Shown: positions 9,243-19,357, counted from the first letter of the stretch. The stretch: 64,000 bases of DNA from Terriglobia bacterium (GCA_963666975.2 CAXVYR010000004.1:1504001-1568000); one strand, 5' to 3'. The notes: generated from the letters alone by a model not told the origin. Numbers and translations are program-made.

Positions 9243-10451
9243 ATGCCTGAATACATCTGCCGACTCGCCAACGACCGGGGAAAGGTTCTGAACCTGGTGG
9301 AGAAAGCTGACTCCGAATCGGAGCTGCTGGACCGGTATAAGCAAAAGGGACTGTATGTCTATTCGATCCGCCCTCGCACACATTTGAGAAGCGCCCTGAA
9401 AACGGGCGGTTCAAAAAAGAAAGTCAAACTCTCCGAATTTCTGATCTTCAATCAGCAGTTTGTCACCTTGATCCGGGCCGGGCTTCCGATCCTGAAGTCC
9501 CTGGACCTGCTGGCGGCGCACATTGCCCAGCCCTCGCTGCGCATTTCCATCAACGAGATTCGCGATAGCGTCCGGGGAGGCTCTTTGCTTTCCGAGGCTT
9601 TTCGCGAGCAAGCCATCTTCCCGAATATCTATATCACTTCCGTGCTGGCCGGCGAGAAGAGCGGAAGCCTGGAAGCAGTCCTGGACCGTTATATTGGTTA
9701 CCAGCGCACGGCCCTGAGCGTGAAGAGGAAGCTGCGGGCTTCTCTGGTCTACCCGGCGCTGCTGCTGGTCATGGTGACGCTCCTGGTGAGCTTTCTGGTG
9801 ACTTACGTCATCCCGAACTTTGCCGATCTCTACCGGACCATGTCCGAGCAACTCCCGCCCATGACGCAGGCCTTGATCACGTTCACCGACGCCTCCAGGC
9901 AATATGTGATTGTGTTGACGCTGCTGCCGGCAGGAATGGGTTTCGGTTTCTGGTTGTGGAGTAAGACGCAAAGCGGCGGGCAGACTCTGGACCGCTTCAA
10001 GATGAAACTGCCGCTGGCGGGAAGCATTTGGACCAAGCACCAGGTGGCTCAATTCGCCCGCATCTTGGGAACGCTGCTTTCCGGCGGCATTCCGCTGGTG
10101 CAGGCGCTCGAAACGGCCAGCCAATCGGTGACTTCCCCGTTGCTGCGGCATTCGCTGGACGCCGCCACCCGCCAGGTGCGCGAGGGCAATCCACTGTGGG
10201 AAAGTTTGTCCCGGACGGGTTTCTTTCCGGAAATGGCCATCGAGATGATCCAGGTCGGAGAGTCCTCGGGCGCCATGCACCAGATGCTGACCAGCGTGGC
10301 GGAATTTTTCGAGGAGGACGTCAGCACGAACCTGACCGCCATGCTGACGCTGGTCGAACCGGCCATCCTGATCTTTATGGGCCTGGTGGTGGCGTTTGTC
10401 TTAGTGGCGCTTTATCTGCCGATCTTTTCTCTGGCAGGCAAGGTAGGATAA
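9243..10451 (+). CDS. Type II secretion/type IV pilus platform protein (GspF/PilC)
   Basis: LIRAGLP, AGEKSGSL, SLVYP, VGESSG, LVEP, LYLPIF. Confidence 0.92.
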   Translation: MPEYICRLANDRGKVLNLVEKADSESELLDRYKQKGLYVYSIRPRTHLRSALKTGGSKKKVKLSEFLIFNQQFVTLIRAGLPILKSLDLLAAHIAQPSLRISINEIRDSVRGGSLLSEAFREQAIFPNIYITSVLAGEKSGSLEAVLDRYIGYQRTALSVKRKLRASLVYPALLLVMVTLLVSFLVTYVIPNFADLYRTMSEQLPPMTQALITFTDASRQYVIVLTLLPAGMGFGFWLWSKTQSGGQTLDRFKMKLPLAGSIWTKHQVAQFARILGTLLSGGIPLVQALETASQSVTSPLLRHSLDAATRQVREGNPLWESLSRTGFFPEMAIEMIQVGESSGAMHQMLTSVAEFFEEDVSTNLTAMLTLVEPAILIFMGLVVAFVLVALYLPIFSLAGKVG

Positions 10452-10457
10452 TAGGGT

Positions 10458-12110
10458 ATGGAGAACGAACACCAAAGCGGTACGGCGAAACTCGGCAACG
10501 GGGTTGAAGTAGAAGCAAAGGACGCCGCGCAGGATCAGGAGCGCAGCCGGCAATTGGCGGCCCGCTACCGCTGCGAGTTTATCCATCTGCAGAACTACAA
10601 AATCGACCATGAACTGTTCCGCACCATCCCGGTGGACCTGATGTTCCGCTACAACTTCGTCCCCTTGCGGGCCGAGGGTGAGACGCTGGAGATCGCCATG
10701 GCGGACCCCAGCCAGCTGATGATGATCGACGAGGTGTCGCTGCTGCTGGACAAGCGCCTGGTCGTTCGCGTAGCCACCCTTGCTGAGATCAGCGACTATC
10801 TCAAGAAAACCGAGCAGTCCCAGCGTGTGCTCGACGAGGCGACCGAGGGCTTCACGCTGGACATCATCCGCGACGAAGAAAACGGCGAGGAGACCATCTC
10901 GATTGACCGCCTGACGCGGGACAGCGCGATCAGTCCGGTGATCCGCCTGGTCGACACTACGATTTTTACGGCCCTGGAGCGCCGGGCCAGCGACATTCAC
11001 ATCGAGACCCGCGACAACGAGGTGATGATCAAATACCGGATCGACGGGGTGCTGCACCAAGCCATGCAGCCGATCTCCAAGGAATTCCAATCCGCCATCA
11101 TCTCGCGCATCAAGGTCATGTCGGAGTTGGACATCGCCGAGCGGCGCGTGCCCCAGGACGGCCGCTTCCGGGTCCGCTACAAGAACCGTTACATTGATTT
11201 CCGCGTCTCCATCATGCCCGCCATCCACGGCGAGGACGCCGTACTGCGCGTTCTGGACAAGGAATCGATGAGCGAAAAGTTCCGCAACCTGACGCTCGAT
11301 GTCGTCGGCTTCACGGAAACGGACCTGAGAAAGTTCCGGCACTTTATCTCGGAGCCTTACGGCATGGTGCTGGTCACGGGGCCTACCGGCAGCGGCAAAA
11401 CAACCACCCTGTATGCGGCGCTCAACGAAATTCGCACCGACGAAGATAAAATCATCACCATTGAAGACCCGGTCGAGTACCAGATTCGCGGAATCACGCA
11501 AATCCCGGTCAATGAGAAGAAGGGGCTGACCTTCGCGCGGGGCCTGCGCTCCATCCTGCGGCACGACCCGGACAAGATCATGGTGGGAGAAATCCGCGAC
11601 AACGAAACAGCGCAGATCGCCATCCAATCCGCCCTCACCGGGCATCTGGTTTTCACCACCGTCCACGCCAACAACGTGGTCGACGTGCTCGGGCGCTTCT
11701 TGAACATGGGCGTGGAACCTTACAACTTCGTCTCGTCGCTCAACTGTATTCTGGCGCAACGCCTGGCCCGCGTGATTTGCAACAATTGCAAAACACAGGT
11801 TCGCTATCCCGATTCCGTGCTGGAGGAATCCGCCCTGCCTCCCGCCGTCTGGTCTGGGGTGCCTTTCTATGAAGGGGCTGGGTGTATTGAGTGTTCCGGA
11901 ACCGGGTTCCGGGGACGCACGGCGATTCACGAGCTGCTGGAATTATCGGATCACATTCGGGAATTGATCCTGGAGAAAAGGCCCACCTCGGAGATTCGGC
12001 GGGCCGCAGAGGAAAAAGGTTTGACACCGCTGCGCGAGTCTGCTGTCGAAAGGGTCAAGAGCGGCATGACCACGCTGAAGGAGATCAACAAGATCACCTT
12101 TATCGGGTGA
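10458..12110 (+). CDS. GspE/PilB assembly ATPase
   Basis: ASDIHIE, PQDGRF, GPTGSGKTTT, TIEDPVE, LRHDPD, GEIRD, CNNC...CIEC. Confidence 0.95.
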   Translation: MENEHQSGTAKLGNGVEVEAKDAAQDQERSRQLAARYRCEFIHLQNYKIDHELFRTIPVDLMFRYNFVPLRAEGETLEIAMADPSQLMMIDEVSLLLDKRLVVRVATLAEISDYLKKTEQSQRVLDEATEGFTLDIIRDEENGEETISIDRLTRDSAISPVIRLVDTTIFTALERRASDIHIETRDNEVMIKYRIDGVLHQAMQPISKEFQSAIISRIKVMSELDIAERRVPQDGRFRVRYKNRYIDFRVSIMPAIHGEDAVLRVLDKESMSEKFRNLTLDVVGFTETDLRKFRHFISEPYGMVLVTGPTGSGKTTTLYAALNEIRTDEDKIITIEDPVEYQIRGITQIPVNEKKGLTFARGLRSILRHDPDKIMVGEIRDNETAQIAIQSALTGHLVFTTVHANNVVDVLGRFLNMGVEPYNFVSSLNCILAQRLARVICNNCKTQVRYPDSVLEESALPPAVWSGVPFYEGAGCIECSGTGFRGRTAIHELLELSDHIRELILEKRPTSEIRRAAEEKGLTPLRESAVERVKSGMTTLKEINKITFIG

Positions 12111-12171
12111 ACCATGATTGGGCGAGCCATCGCAGAAGATAGATAAATAGATAAAAGGAACTCACGGCACT

Positions 12172-13248
12172 ATGCGGGGAAACGGCGCACAAAAGCAGGC
12201 CGGCGCGGCAGCTCGATTTTGGAGCAAGCTATGGAACAGCCCGCAGCCCACGCTCGGGGTGGAAATCTCCACTCAAGCCGTTAGCGTAGGACGCTGGTCT
12301 CACGGGTCGGCTCAAATCGAGACAAGCGCCTGGAAGCCGCTTTCTGCCGGGGCTGTGGAGGGCTCCCCTTTGCGGGAAAACATCCAGCGGCCGGAGGAGG
12401 TCCAGCAGGCTTTGGCCGCCGCTCTTTCTTCGCTGGGTATCCTCCCGAGCTCCCCCTCCCCGGCTCATTCTGCAAGGCGTCCGACCGACGTTGTTCTGGT
12501 GATCCCCGACCAGGCCGCCCGCCTGTTCGTTCTCCACTTCGACACCTTCCCGGAGAAACCGCAAGAGGCGCAAGCTTTGGTGAAGTGGCGGTTGAAAAAA
12601 TCCGTGCCGTTCGATATCGAATTGGCGGCCCTTTCCTACTATGTACGGCCAGCAGGAAATGAATTGCAGGTGGTCGCCGTCACGACGCCCCAATTCGTCC
12701 TCCAGCAATACGAAACCGTGGCCGAGAGTTTCGGTTTCCGTCCCCGATGGGTGACGCTTTCCACGCTGGCGTCGCTGGGGCTGGCCGAGGCTACAGACAT
12801 AGAAGACACGCCTCGCGGAGCAGCGCCCGCGGCTCCAGCGGAAGGATCGAACGGGCAAACTTCCGGCCTGCCGGGCGTTTTGGTTGCGAAGTACAGCCCT
12901 CCGGGTTTTACCACTGCCATCCTGCAAGGCAGCCATCTGCGGCTGTTTCGGACCGTGGGAGTGGATGCGAGCGAAGAGGGTTTGCTGTCACCGGCAGACG
13001 TTCTGGAGGTGCTCCATCCTTCCGTCGTTTATTTTCAAGATAACTTTGCGGGTCCCTTGCAGCGAGCCTGCCTGTGCGGCCTGGGAGAAAACAGCGCGGC
13101 GATTGCGGAGGCGCTGGAAGGCGAGATGCATTTGAAAACCGCCCCCCTTGTGCCGGAGCAGCACGGTTCTGCGGATACAGACCGCAATCGATGGGAACGG
13201 CATTTCGCAGCCCTGCTGGGCGTCGCCAGGGAGCAAGCAGGCCTATGA
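12172..13248 (+). CDS. PilM-like pilus assembly protein
   Basis: Operon position; actin-like LGVEIS start; WRLKKSVPFD. Confidence 0.65.
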   Translation: MRGNGAQKQAGAAARFWSKLWNSPQPTLGVEISTQAVSVGRWSHGSAQIETSAWKPLSAGAVEGSPLRENIQRPEEVQQALAAALSSLGILPSSPSPAHSARRPTDVVLVIPDQAARLFVLHFDTFPEKPQEAQALVKWRLKKSVPFDIELAALSYYVRPAGNELQVVAVTTPQFVLQQYETVAESFGFRPRWVTLSTLASLGLAEATDIEDTPRGAAPAAPAEGSNGQTSGLPGVLVAKYSPPGFTTAILQGSHLRLFRTVGVDASEEGLLSPADVLEVLHPSVVYFQDNFAGPLQRACLCGLGENSAAIAEALEGEMHLKTAPLVPEQHGSADTDRNRWERHFAALLGVAREQAGL

Positions 13249-13955
13249 GAATTCCCATCAATCTGGCTTCCCGGCCCTATGATAATCTGCGGCCTTTCTA
13301 CAATGCCGCCGCCCTGGCCGCGATTTTGCTGGTGGCGCTGGCCTCGGTGGTGGCCTGGAACGATTGGCAGAATCGCCGGGATACTCGTTTGCTGACCGAG
13401 CAGAGCAACCAGTTGGAAACAACGATGACGGAACTCAGCCGCGAACAACAGGAGATGGAGCAATGGCTGCGGAGACCCGAGGTGCAGGAGATACGAGACC
13501 GCTCTGCTTTCCTGAATTCGCTCATCGTTCGCAAGAGCCTTTCCTGGACCCAGATGTTCATGGACCTGGAAACCATTCTGCCCGCGCGCGCGCAGGTGAC
13601 CGCCATTCGGCCCCGCTTGAACCGGGACCAGCAGGTGGAGGTGAGCCTCTCGGTGGCGGCTGCCAGCATGGGCCCGCTGGTGGAGTTTCTCAAAAAACTG
13701 GAAGCGGCTCTGCAGTTCGGATCGCCGGTAGTGCATGCTCAGCGGCCACTCTCGACTGCGAGCGCAGAAGGCCAGATCACGCTCGAGTTGAGCGTCCTGT
13801 ACTACCAGGTCGCTTTAGACCAGGAGGTTGCTCCAGAACAAGAGGTCGCTTCCGATCCAGCTTCCTCACCGGCAGCAGCCATGACCTTGAGCCCTAAGAC
13901 GCCGGTAACGCTGGCGCATGCTTCTCCGGCACGCTTGCGAAAGGAGGAGAGATAG
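13245..13955 (+). CDS. PilN-like protein
   Basis: MRIPINLASRP (INL motif), one TM segment, coiled coil, SWTQMFMDLE; ATGA overlap with the previous gene. Confidence 0.75.
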   Translation: MRIPINLASRPYDNLRPFYNAAALAAILLVALASVVAWNDWQNRRDTRLLTEQSNQLETTMTELSREQQEMEQWLRRPEVQEIRDRSAFLNSLIVRKSLSWTQMFMDLETILPARAQVTAIRPRLNRDQQVEVSLSVAAASMGPLVEFLKKLEAALQFGSPVVHAQRPLSTASAEGQITLELSVLYYQVALDQEVAPEQEVASDPASSPAAAMTLSPKTPVTLAHASPARLRKEER

Positions 13956-13958
13956 CCC

Positions 13959-14555
13959 ATGCGACTTGCCGGTTTGCTCCGTCCCGGCAACCCTGCCGCC
14001 TCCCCGGGCAGGAATGGGAAAAAGCCCGCCCGCGCGCGCATCCGGACGATTCTGGGCATCTTGGTAGCCGCCGACGCTTTGCTTCTGCTGTTAGTTTTTT
14101 GGCCCCCCGGACTTTCCCTCCAGGCGCGGCAACTCGAGTTGCAAAGGCTCCGCGCCGAGCACGAAGCCACACGAAGCGTGGTAATTCAAATGCGCGATCT
14201 GAAAGCAAAGCTGCAAGACGCCATCCAGGACCGGCAGCAGTTCTCCCAGCAGAACCTCTTGTTCCGGGAGGGCGCCTTCTCCGTGATGCTCGAGGATCTG
14301 GAGCGGCTCGCCACTCAAAACCGGCTGAAGACCGCAGGAGTCAACTATCAGTTGCAGGAAGAACGCGATCAGGATTTGGTCAAGGTGGAGGCCACCTTGA
14401 CCGTGGAGGGCGGATACTCCGACCTGGTGTACTTCATCAATCGCCTGGAACAGTCGCAGTTATTCTGGATTATCGACAGCTTGAACGTCTCAGGCGCCAT
14501 CAGCCGGGAGTTGCGCCTGAACTTGCGGATGGAAACATACTTCGTGCCCTCCTAG
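13959..14555 (+). CDS. PilO/GspM-like protein
   Basis: TM segment plus coiled coil plus EGGYSDLVYFINRLE. Confidence 0.75.
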   Translation: MRLAGLLRPGNPAASPGRNGKKPARARIRTILGILVAADALLLLLVFWPPGLSLQARQLELQRLRAEHEATRSVVIQMRDLKAKLQDAIQDRQQFSQQNLLFREGAFSVMLEDLERLATQNRLKTAGVNYQLQEERDQDLVKVEATLTVEGGYSDLVYFINRLEQSQLFWIIDSLNVSGAISRELRLNLRMETYFVPS

Positions 14556-14567
14556 GGGCTGGAACTC

Positions 14568-15182
14568 ATGCAGATTGGCACACAAGAACGCAGGAAGCTG
14601 ATCGCACTGCTGGTGCTGGCGGCGATCTGCGCTCCGTTGATTTACAGAAATGTTCTCCTGCCGGAAGAGTCCCGCGTGCCTCCGGCCTTATCGGCGGAAA
14701 GCAGTGCGTCAGGTGATGCTGATTCCGGTTCTGCCTCTCGCCGAACCTCGTCCTCTTCCCGGGACGGGACTTTGGGCCAACAGCAACTGGCAGCGCTGGA
14801 CCCGACACTCCGCGTGGAACAGCTCGAGCGAAGCAAGCACGTGAAGTACGCCGGTGAGTCCCGCAATATATTCCAGTTTTATACGCCTCCCCCGCCGCCC
14901 GCACCGGCGACTGCCCCCGGGATCGAATCTCCCGTGCCTGATCGCCCTTCTTCCCCTGCTCCGCAGCCCATCAACCTGCCCTTGAAGTTCTACGGCGTAG
15001 CCAGCCGTCCGGGATCCTCTCATAAAAAAGCATTCTTGACCGACGGGGAGGAGATTTTCATCGGCGAAGAGGGGGACATGATCGCCAAGCGTTACAAGAT
15101 CATCCGCATTGGGGTAAACTCCATTGAGATGGAAGACAGCCGGGATAAACGGCGTCAACAGCTTCCGTTGATTGAAGAGTAG
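14568..15182 (+). CDS. PilP/GspC-like protein
   Basis: N-terminal TM segment, RNIF, Pro-rich linker, LKFYG...EGDMIAKRYKI beta domain; operon position. Confidence 0.6.
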   Translation: MQIGTQERRKLIALLVLAAICAPLIYRNVLLPEESRVPPALSAESSASGDADSGSASRRTSSSSRDGTLGQQQLAALDPTLRVEQLERSKHVKYAGESRNIFQFYTPPPPPAPATAPGIESPVPDRPSSPAPQPINLPLKFYGVASRPGSSHKKAFLTDGEEIFIGEEGDMIAKRYKIIRIGVNSIEMEDSRDKRRQQLPLIEE

Positions 15183-15258
15183 ATGATCCTGAAAAAGAGG
15201 TCTTTTGCGACTGGTTCGCGTGCTATCTTAGCGTTGAAATGGCAAGGGGAATTCGCGG

Positions 15259-15483
15259 ATGCAAAAAAGCAGTTATACCGCCGTATTGGAAAAAGAAGGT
15301 GAACTATACGTTGCTCTCTGCCCTGAACTGGACGTGGCCAGTCAGGGAGCAACGGTGGAGCAGGCTATTGCCAATCTGAAGGAAGCGGTGGAACTGTTCC
15401 TGGAGTGCGCTGACCCGGATGAAATCAAACAGCGTCTGCACAGTGAAATACTTGTGACGCGATTTGAAGCAGTGCATGGGTAA
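15259..15483 (+). CDS. hicB: HicB-family antitoxin (short form)
   Basis: YVALCPELDVASQGATVEQAIANLKEAVELFL. Confidence 0.9.
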   Translation: MQKSSYTAVLEKEGELYVALCPELDVASQGATVEQAIANLKEAVELFLECADPDEIKQRLHSEILVTRFEAVHG

Positions 15484-15697
15484 GCTTCGAGTTCTTTCAG
15501 GCCGAGAGGTTTGCCAAGTTCTTGAAAGATACGGCTTCGCTGAAGTGCGGCGGCGAGGAAGTCATCTTATCATGCAGTGCAAACGCGAAGGGACCACTGT
15601 GACAGTTCCTGTCCCCAACCATGCCGAAATCAAAACAGGAACTCTTCTTTCAATCATTCGACAAAGTGGGGTTTCTCGGCAGGAATTCGAAAGATGA
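15476..15697 (+). CDS. hicA: HicA-family toxin
   Basis: LERYGF...RGSH...VPVPNH.EIKTGTLLSIIRQSG. Confidence 0.9.
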   Translation: MGKLRVLSGREVCQVLERYGFAEVRRRGSHLIMQCKREGTTVTVPVPNHAEIKTGTLLSIIRQSGVSRQEFER

Positions 15698-16680
15698 TGG
15701 CAAATAGACACCAAGCGCGCACAGGGAAGACCGAAACACCCGCGCGGAAAAGAGAAAAGGGCTACGTGCTGCTGGTCTTCATCCTGTTCTCCGCCCTGCT
15801 GGTGGTGGGACTTTCCGCCATCATTCCGCAGGTGGCTTTTGAAGGGCAGCGAGTAAAAGAAGAAGAGTTGCTCTTTCGCGGCCAGCAATACCAGCGGGCC
15901 ATCCAGCTTTTTTTTCGCAAGTTTGGCCGCTACCCCAACTCTCTGGAAGAGCTGGAGAAAACCAACGGCATCCGCTTCCTCCGCAAGGCGTACCTCGACC
16001 CCATGACAAAAGAAAACGACTGGCGGCTGATTCACATCGGGCCGGGCGGCGTCTTTCCGGATGCGAAGAACCCTCCCCAGCCTCCGGCCAACCTGGGCGC
16101 TCTGGCTCCTTCCCAGCAGGGCGGCACGGGTTTGGAAGCTTCGCCGGGAATGTTTCGTTCCACCGGGCAGTCCCAATCCGGTGCGCCCGCCCTAAACCCC
16201 TCGGCAAATCCCAGCGCCAATCCTTTGCAGCAACCGAGGGCATCTGCGCTTGGAGTATCACAGGGCAAGCCTCCGGTGTCGCCCGCCACTTCCGGAGCTT
16301 TCAACGCTTCCGCACAAAGGTCCGGCGCACAGGTGTTCGGAGGCGGAGGCATTGCCGGCGTGGCCAGCCAGAGCACGGAAGGGTCCATCAAAGTCTTCAA
16401 CGGCTACAGCCAGCATGACGATTGGGAATTTATTTACAATTTTCGCTGGGACCCGATCGGCGTGGCGGCCCTTGCAAAAATTACAGGGGCACAAAACCAG
16501 CCTGCAGCTGCAACCCAACCTCCCGCGCAGCAGCAGCAACGCCAAACGCCTGCCGGGGTCCGCACGCCCCAGGTGCCGCAGTGGCTCGGCGCGCCCCCTC
16601 GCGATGCGCGGCGTCCTACCTCTCCGATTTTCCCGCGTCCGCCGTTTCCGGGATTGCCCTCCACTCAGCAGCAAAGATAA
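15694..16680 (+). CDS. Prepilin/pseudopilin-like protein with Pro/Gln-rich low-complexity segments
   Basis: Class III signal KREKG|YVLLV; KEEELLFRG.QY.RAI..F.RKFGRYP.SLEEL; FLRKAYLDP. Confidence 0.75.
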   Translation: MMANRHQARTGKTETPARKREKGYVLLVFILFSALLVVGLSAIIPQVAFEGQRVKEEELLFRGQQYQRAIQLFFRKFGRYPNSLEELEKTNGIRFLRKAYLDPMTKENDWRLIHIGPGGVFPDAKNPPQPPANLGALAPSQQGGTGLEASPGMFRSTGQSQSGAPALNPSANPSANPLQQPRASALGVSQGKPPVSPATSGAFNASAQRSGAQVFGGGGIAGVASQSTEGSIKVFNGYSQHDDWEFIYNFRWDPIGVAALAKITGAQNQPAAATQPPAQQQQRQTPAGVRTPQVPQWLGAPPRDARRPTSPIFPRPPFPGLPSTQQQR

Positions 16681-16771
16681 AAAGATCAGTTCGCCGCAGA
16701 ATCCTTGGTCAGAATTAACGAGGCAGATGATTGCGAAGCGGGAGTGTCGGGCAGAATAACGTCAAAACAAG

Positions 16772-17671
16772 CTAGAGAACATACTGCTCGATGGCATAAG
16801 CGACGCCGCCCGAGTCGCAGTCGAGCGTGGCGGCCCAACCCTGCTGCTTTACCTCTTCCTTTAATGCCTCATCGGCGTTGCCCATGACCACGGGAAGCCC
16901 GGCAAACCGCAGCATCTCCAAGTCGTTGTAGTTGTCGCCAATCGCCATGATCTCGGAGGCGGCAATGCCTCGCATCCGGCTCCAATATCCCAGCGCGTTT
17001 CCCTTGGAAGCGCCCGCGCGGATCACATCCAGGATGCTCATATCTCTCTTCGGATATTCGGTGCGCAACAACTGAAAGCGGTCTTGCGACGGCTGGATGT
17101 TTTCCGAACCGTCTCCCAGGCGAGCTTGAACTTCGCGCATGACGGCGAGGGGCCCGGTGAACATAATTTCCAAAGGGTCGCCGTCCAAGGCATCTTCCAA
17201 AGAAACGGCATACTGCACGCGCTCCCGGTTCCGCTCCAGCCACAGCGTGGCGGCCACGCCGTCGGCAGGCCCCGCCGCTCGTCCGGCAGCGGAGGCGCCA
17301 TCTGCCGGTGTTTCAATTCTCAACTGGCCCGGCCCCGGCTGGTCATACATAAGAACCGTATAGGGACGAAACTCGCGCGTGGCCTCCAGTACACTCGCCG
17401 CAACCTCTGACGGCAGCAGATGCCGCAGGAAAGTCTCGCCTTCCTTCGAGCGGATGACCGCGCCGTTGCTGGCGATCAGCGGAACGTCAAAGGGAAGCAG
17501 CTCCACCTTGGAGAGGGCAAAGTAGAAGTTCCGCCCGGTGACCGGCACAATCTCTACACCGCGATGGACAGCGGCCTGGAGCGCCTCGGAATCCCGCTTG
17601 GAGATACGTTTTTGGGAGTTGAGCAGCGTTCCATCGAGGTCGATGGCGATCATCCGGATGCGGGACTTCAT
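16772..17671 (-). CDS. Cof-type HAD hydrolase
   Basis: DLDGTLL, VTGR, SKG, GDNYNDLEM. Confidence 0.93.
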   Translation of the reverse strand: MKSRIRMIAIDLDGTLLNSQKRISKRDSEALQAAVHRGVEIVPVTGRNFYFALSKVELLPFDVPLIASNGAVIRSKEGETFLRHLLPSEVAASVLEATREFRPYTVLMYDQPGPGQLRIETPADGASAAGRAAGPADGVAATLWLERNRERVQYAVSLEDALDGDPLEIMFTGPLAVMREVQARLGDGSENIQPSQDRFQLLRTEYPKRDMSILDVIRAGASKGNALGYWSRMRGIAASEIMAIGDNYNDLEMLRFAGLPVVMGNADEALKEEVKQQGWAATLDCDSGGVAYAIEQYVL

Positions 17672-17724
17672 TACTTAAAAAGGGTATCACAAAGCGGACG
17701 AGGGGACGGACGACGCCGCCAAAA

Positions 17725-18204
17725 TCAGGGGGTGCGGGTTGCTCCCGTAACCTTTCGCCACCACCGTTTCGGTGTCATCCTGTGCGGTTTGAGCAGAGTT
17801 AAAAGCCTTGATCCAGGGTTGTTGTTAACGTAGTAGCCTTTGCTGGTCCATGAGTTGGTTGTAGTCCATCCCATCGTCATAGCCACTTCGAAAGCCTCTC
17901 GGTAGGTCAATGCGAATGTAACCGTGCTAGCGGCACGTTCCAGATTCCAGACATAAGCCAGAATTAAGTCTGGAAATTTCGCATACTTCCGGTCGAGAGA
18001 AAAGGACCGTTGCGACGCCGCCTTCATCTGAATCGGCTTGGCGATGAAGGATGGAACTTTCGATTCGAGATCAGCATAAGCAATCAGATCAATTCCTCGG
18101 TCGCGAATCGGCAGTGCGACTTCCAGACCGCTTCGTAGAAGTTCATCTATAAGTCGGTTTCTTCCGAGCAGCTCAACGACTTGGGAATCCATCGGTGTCC
18201 TCAT
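17725..18204 (-). CDS. Hypothetical protein, probable PD-(D/E)xK nuclease fold
   Basis: D.GIDLIA...IQMKA pattern; lower GC than flanks. Confidence 0.55.
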   Translation of the reverse strand: MRTPMDSQVVELLGRNRLIDELLRSGLEVALPIRDRGIDLIAYADLESKVPSFIAKPIQMKAASQRSFSLDRKYAKFPDLILAYVWNLERAASTVTFALTYREAFEVAMTMGWTTTNSWTSKGYYVNNNPGSRLLTLLKPHRMTPKRWWRKVTGATRTP

Positions 18205-18295
18205 GATGCCTTTATAAACTCGATAGTTTGAATTTACTACCGCTTGCCGAAGGGAGCGCTTTCTCTCGCTGTGGGCTTGTTTTGCGAACGAAGCA

Positions 18296-18465
18296 GAGCC
18301 GCGACCGCAAGGGAGCGGACAAAGAAGCTTTCTGACATCCCGCTAGCGTTTATGACCGCTTGCTGATCCCTCGGCTTCGCTCCCTTCGGCTATGCTCAGG
18401 GCAGGCGGGACAGGCGCGCGCGGCTCGGATTGGATTTACGATCCCACGGCAAATTGGAACTGCCA
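18296..18465. repeat. Cluster of nested REP-like palindromic repeats
   Basis: gagccgcgaccgcaagggagcgg; ccgcttgct...gcgcgcggctcgga; cccttcggctatgctcagggcagg; cccacggcaaattggaactgc. Related copies at about 32866-32956, 49519-49544 and 57486-57634. Confidence 0.6.
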
Positions 18466-18493
18466 ATTTTACACATGATACATGCGGGTCCTT

Positions 18494-19357
18494 TCAGGAT
18501 TTTGCGGTCTTTTGATATTCGAAGAACCCGCGGCCCGTCTTGCGGCCCAGCCGGTTTTCGGCGACCATCTGGCGAAGAATCGGGCCGGGCTCAAACCGCT
18601 CTCCCAACTCTTCGGTCAGCGACTCCATGATGCGAAGCTCCGTATCCAAACCGATCAAGTCCGCCAGTTGAAACGGTCCCATGGGAAAGTTGTAGGCTAG
18701 GCGAATCCCCGAATCGATATCCTCCACCGTGCCCACCCCTTCTTCCAGGCAACGCAGCGCCTCGCAGAGGTATGCCTGCCCAATCCGTGTGGTGATAAAC
18801 CCGGGCCGGTCGAGGGACACAATCGCTTCTTTGCCCAAACCCTCACAGAAGCGGCGCGCGAAAGAAACAGTCTCTTCCGAAGTTTTCTCGCCGCGCACCA
18901 ACTCCACCAGCTTCATGACCGGGACCGGATTGAAAAAGTGCGTTCCCACCACCCGCGCCGGATGCCGGGTGACGCTGGCAATCTGCGTAATGGAGATGCC
19001 GGAGGTATTGCTCGCCAGGATCGTCCCGGCCGGGCAGATTTTGTCCAGTTTCACAAAGACTTCTTGCTTTACTTTCAAATTTTCGAAAACGGCTTCCACC
19101 ACGATCTCTGCCTCGCCGAGAACGGTGATGTCGGTGGTGTAGCGAAACCGCTTCCGTATTGCGGATGCCTGCTGCTCGGAAACAAGCCCGCGCTTCATGC
19201 CGTTTCCGATCAGTTTGTCGATCCTCGCCCGGCATCCCTCCAGCAGTTGCTCATTCAGTTCAGCGATGGTGACCGGCGCATCGGATTGGAGAGCCACCGT
19301 ATAGGCGATCCCCGCTCCCATGATCCCGCCTCCAACAATACCCACGCTTCTCACCAT
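18494..19357 (-). CDS. 3-hydroxyacyl-CoA (3-hydroxybutyryl-CoA) dehydrogenase
   Basis: GGGIMGAG, VEAVFE, ASNTSGI, HFFNPVP, PMGP..LAD.IGLD, LGRKTG. Confidence 0.93.
   Translation of the reverse strand: MVRSVGIVGGGIMGAGIAYTVALQSDAPVTIAELNEQLLEGCRARIDKLIGNGMKRGLVSEQQASAIRKRFRYTTDITVLGEAEIVVEAVFENLKVKQEVFVKLDKICPAGTILASNTSGISITQIASVTRHPARVVGTHFFNPVPVMKLVELVRGEKTSEETVSFARRFCEGLGKEAIVSLDRPGFITTRIGQAYLCEALRCLEEGVGTVEDIDSGIRLAYNFPMGPFQLADLIGLDTELRIMESLTEELGERFEPGPILRQMVAENRLGRKTGRGFFEYQKTAKS

Noticed and set aside
10401-11930. Long antisense ORFs (also 29010..30167, 56171..57352, 58141..59316 and others)
   Set aside because: Shadow ORFs opposite well-supported genes, expected in high-GC DNA
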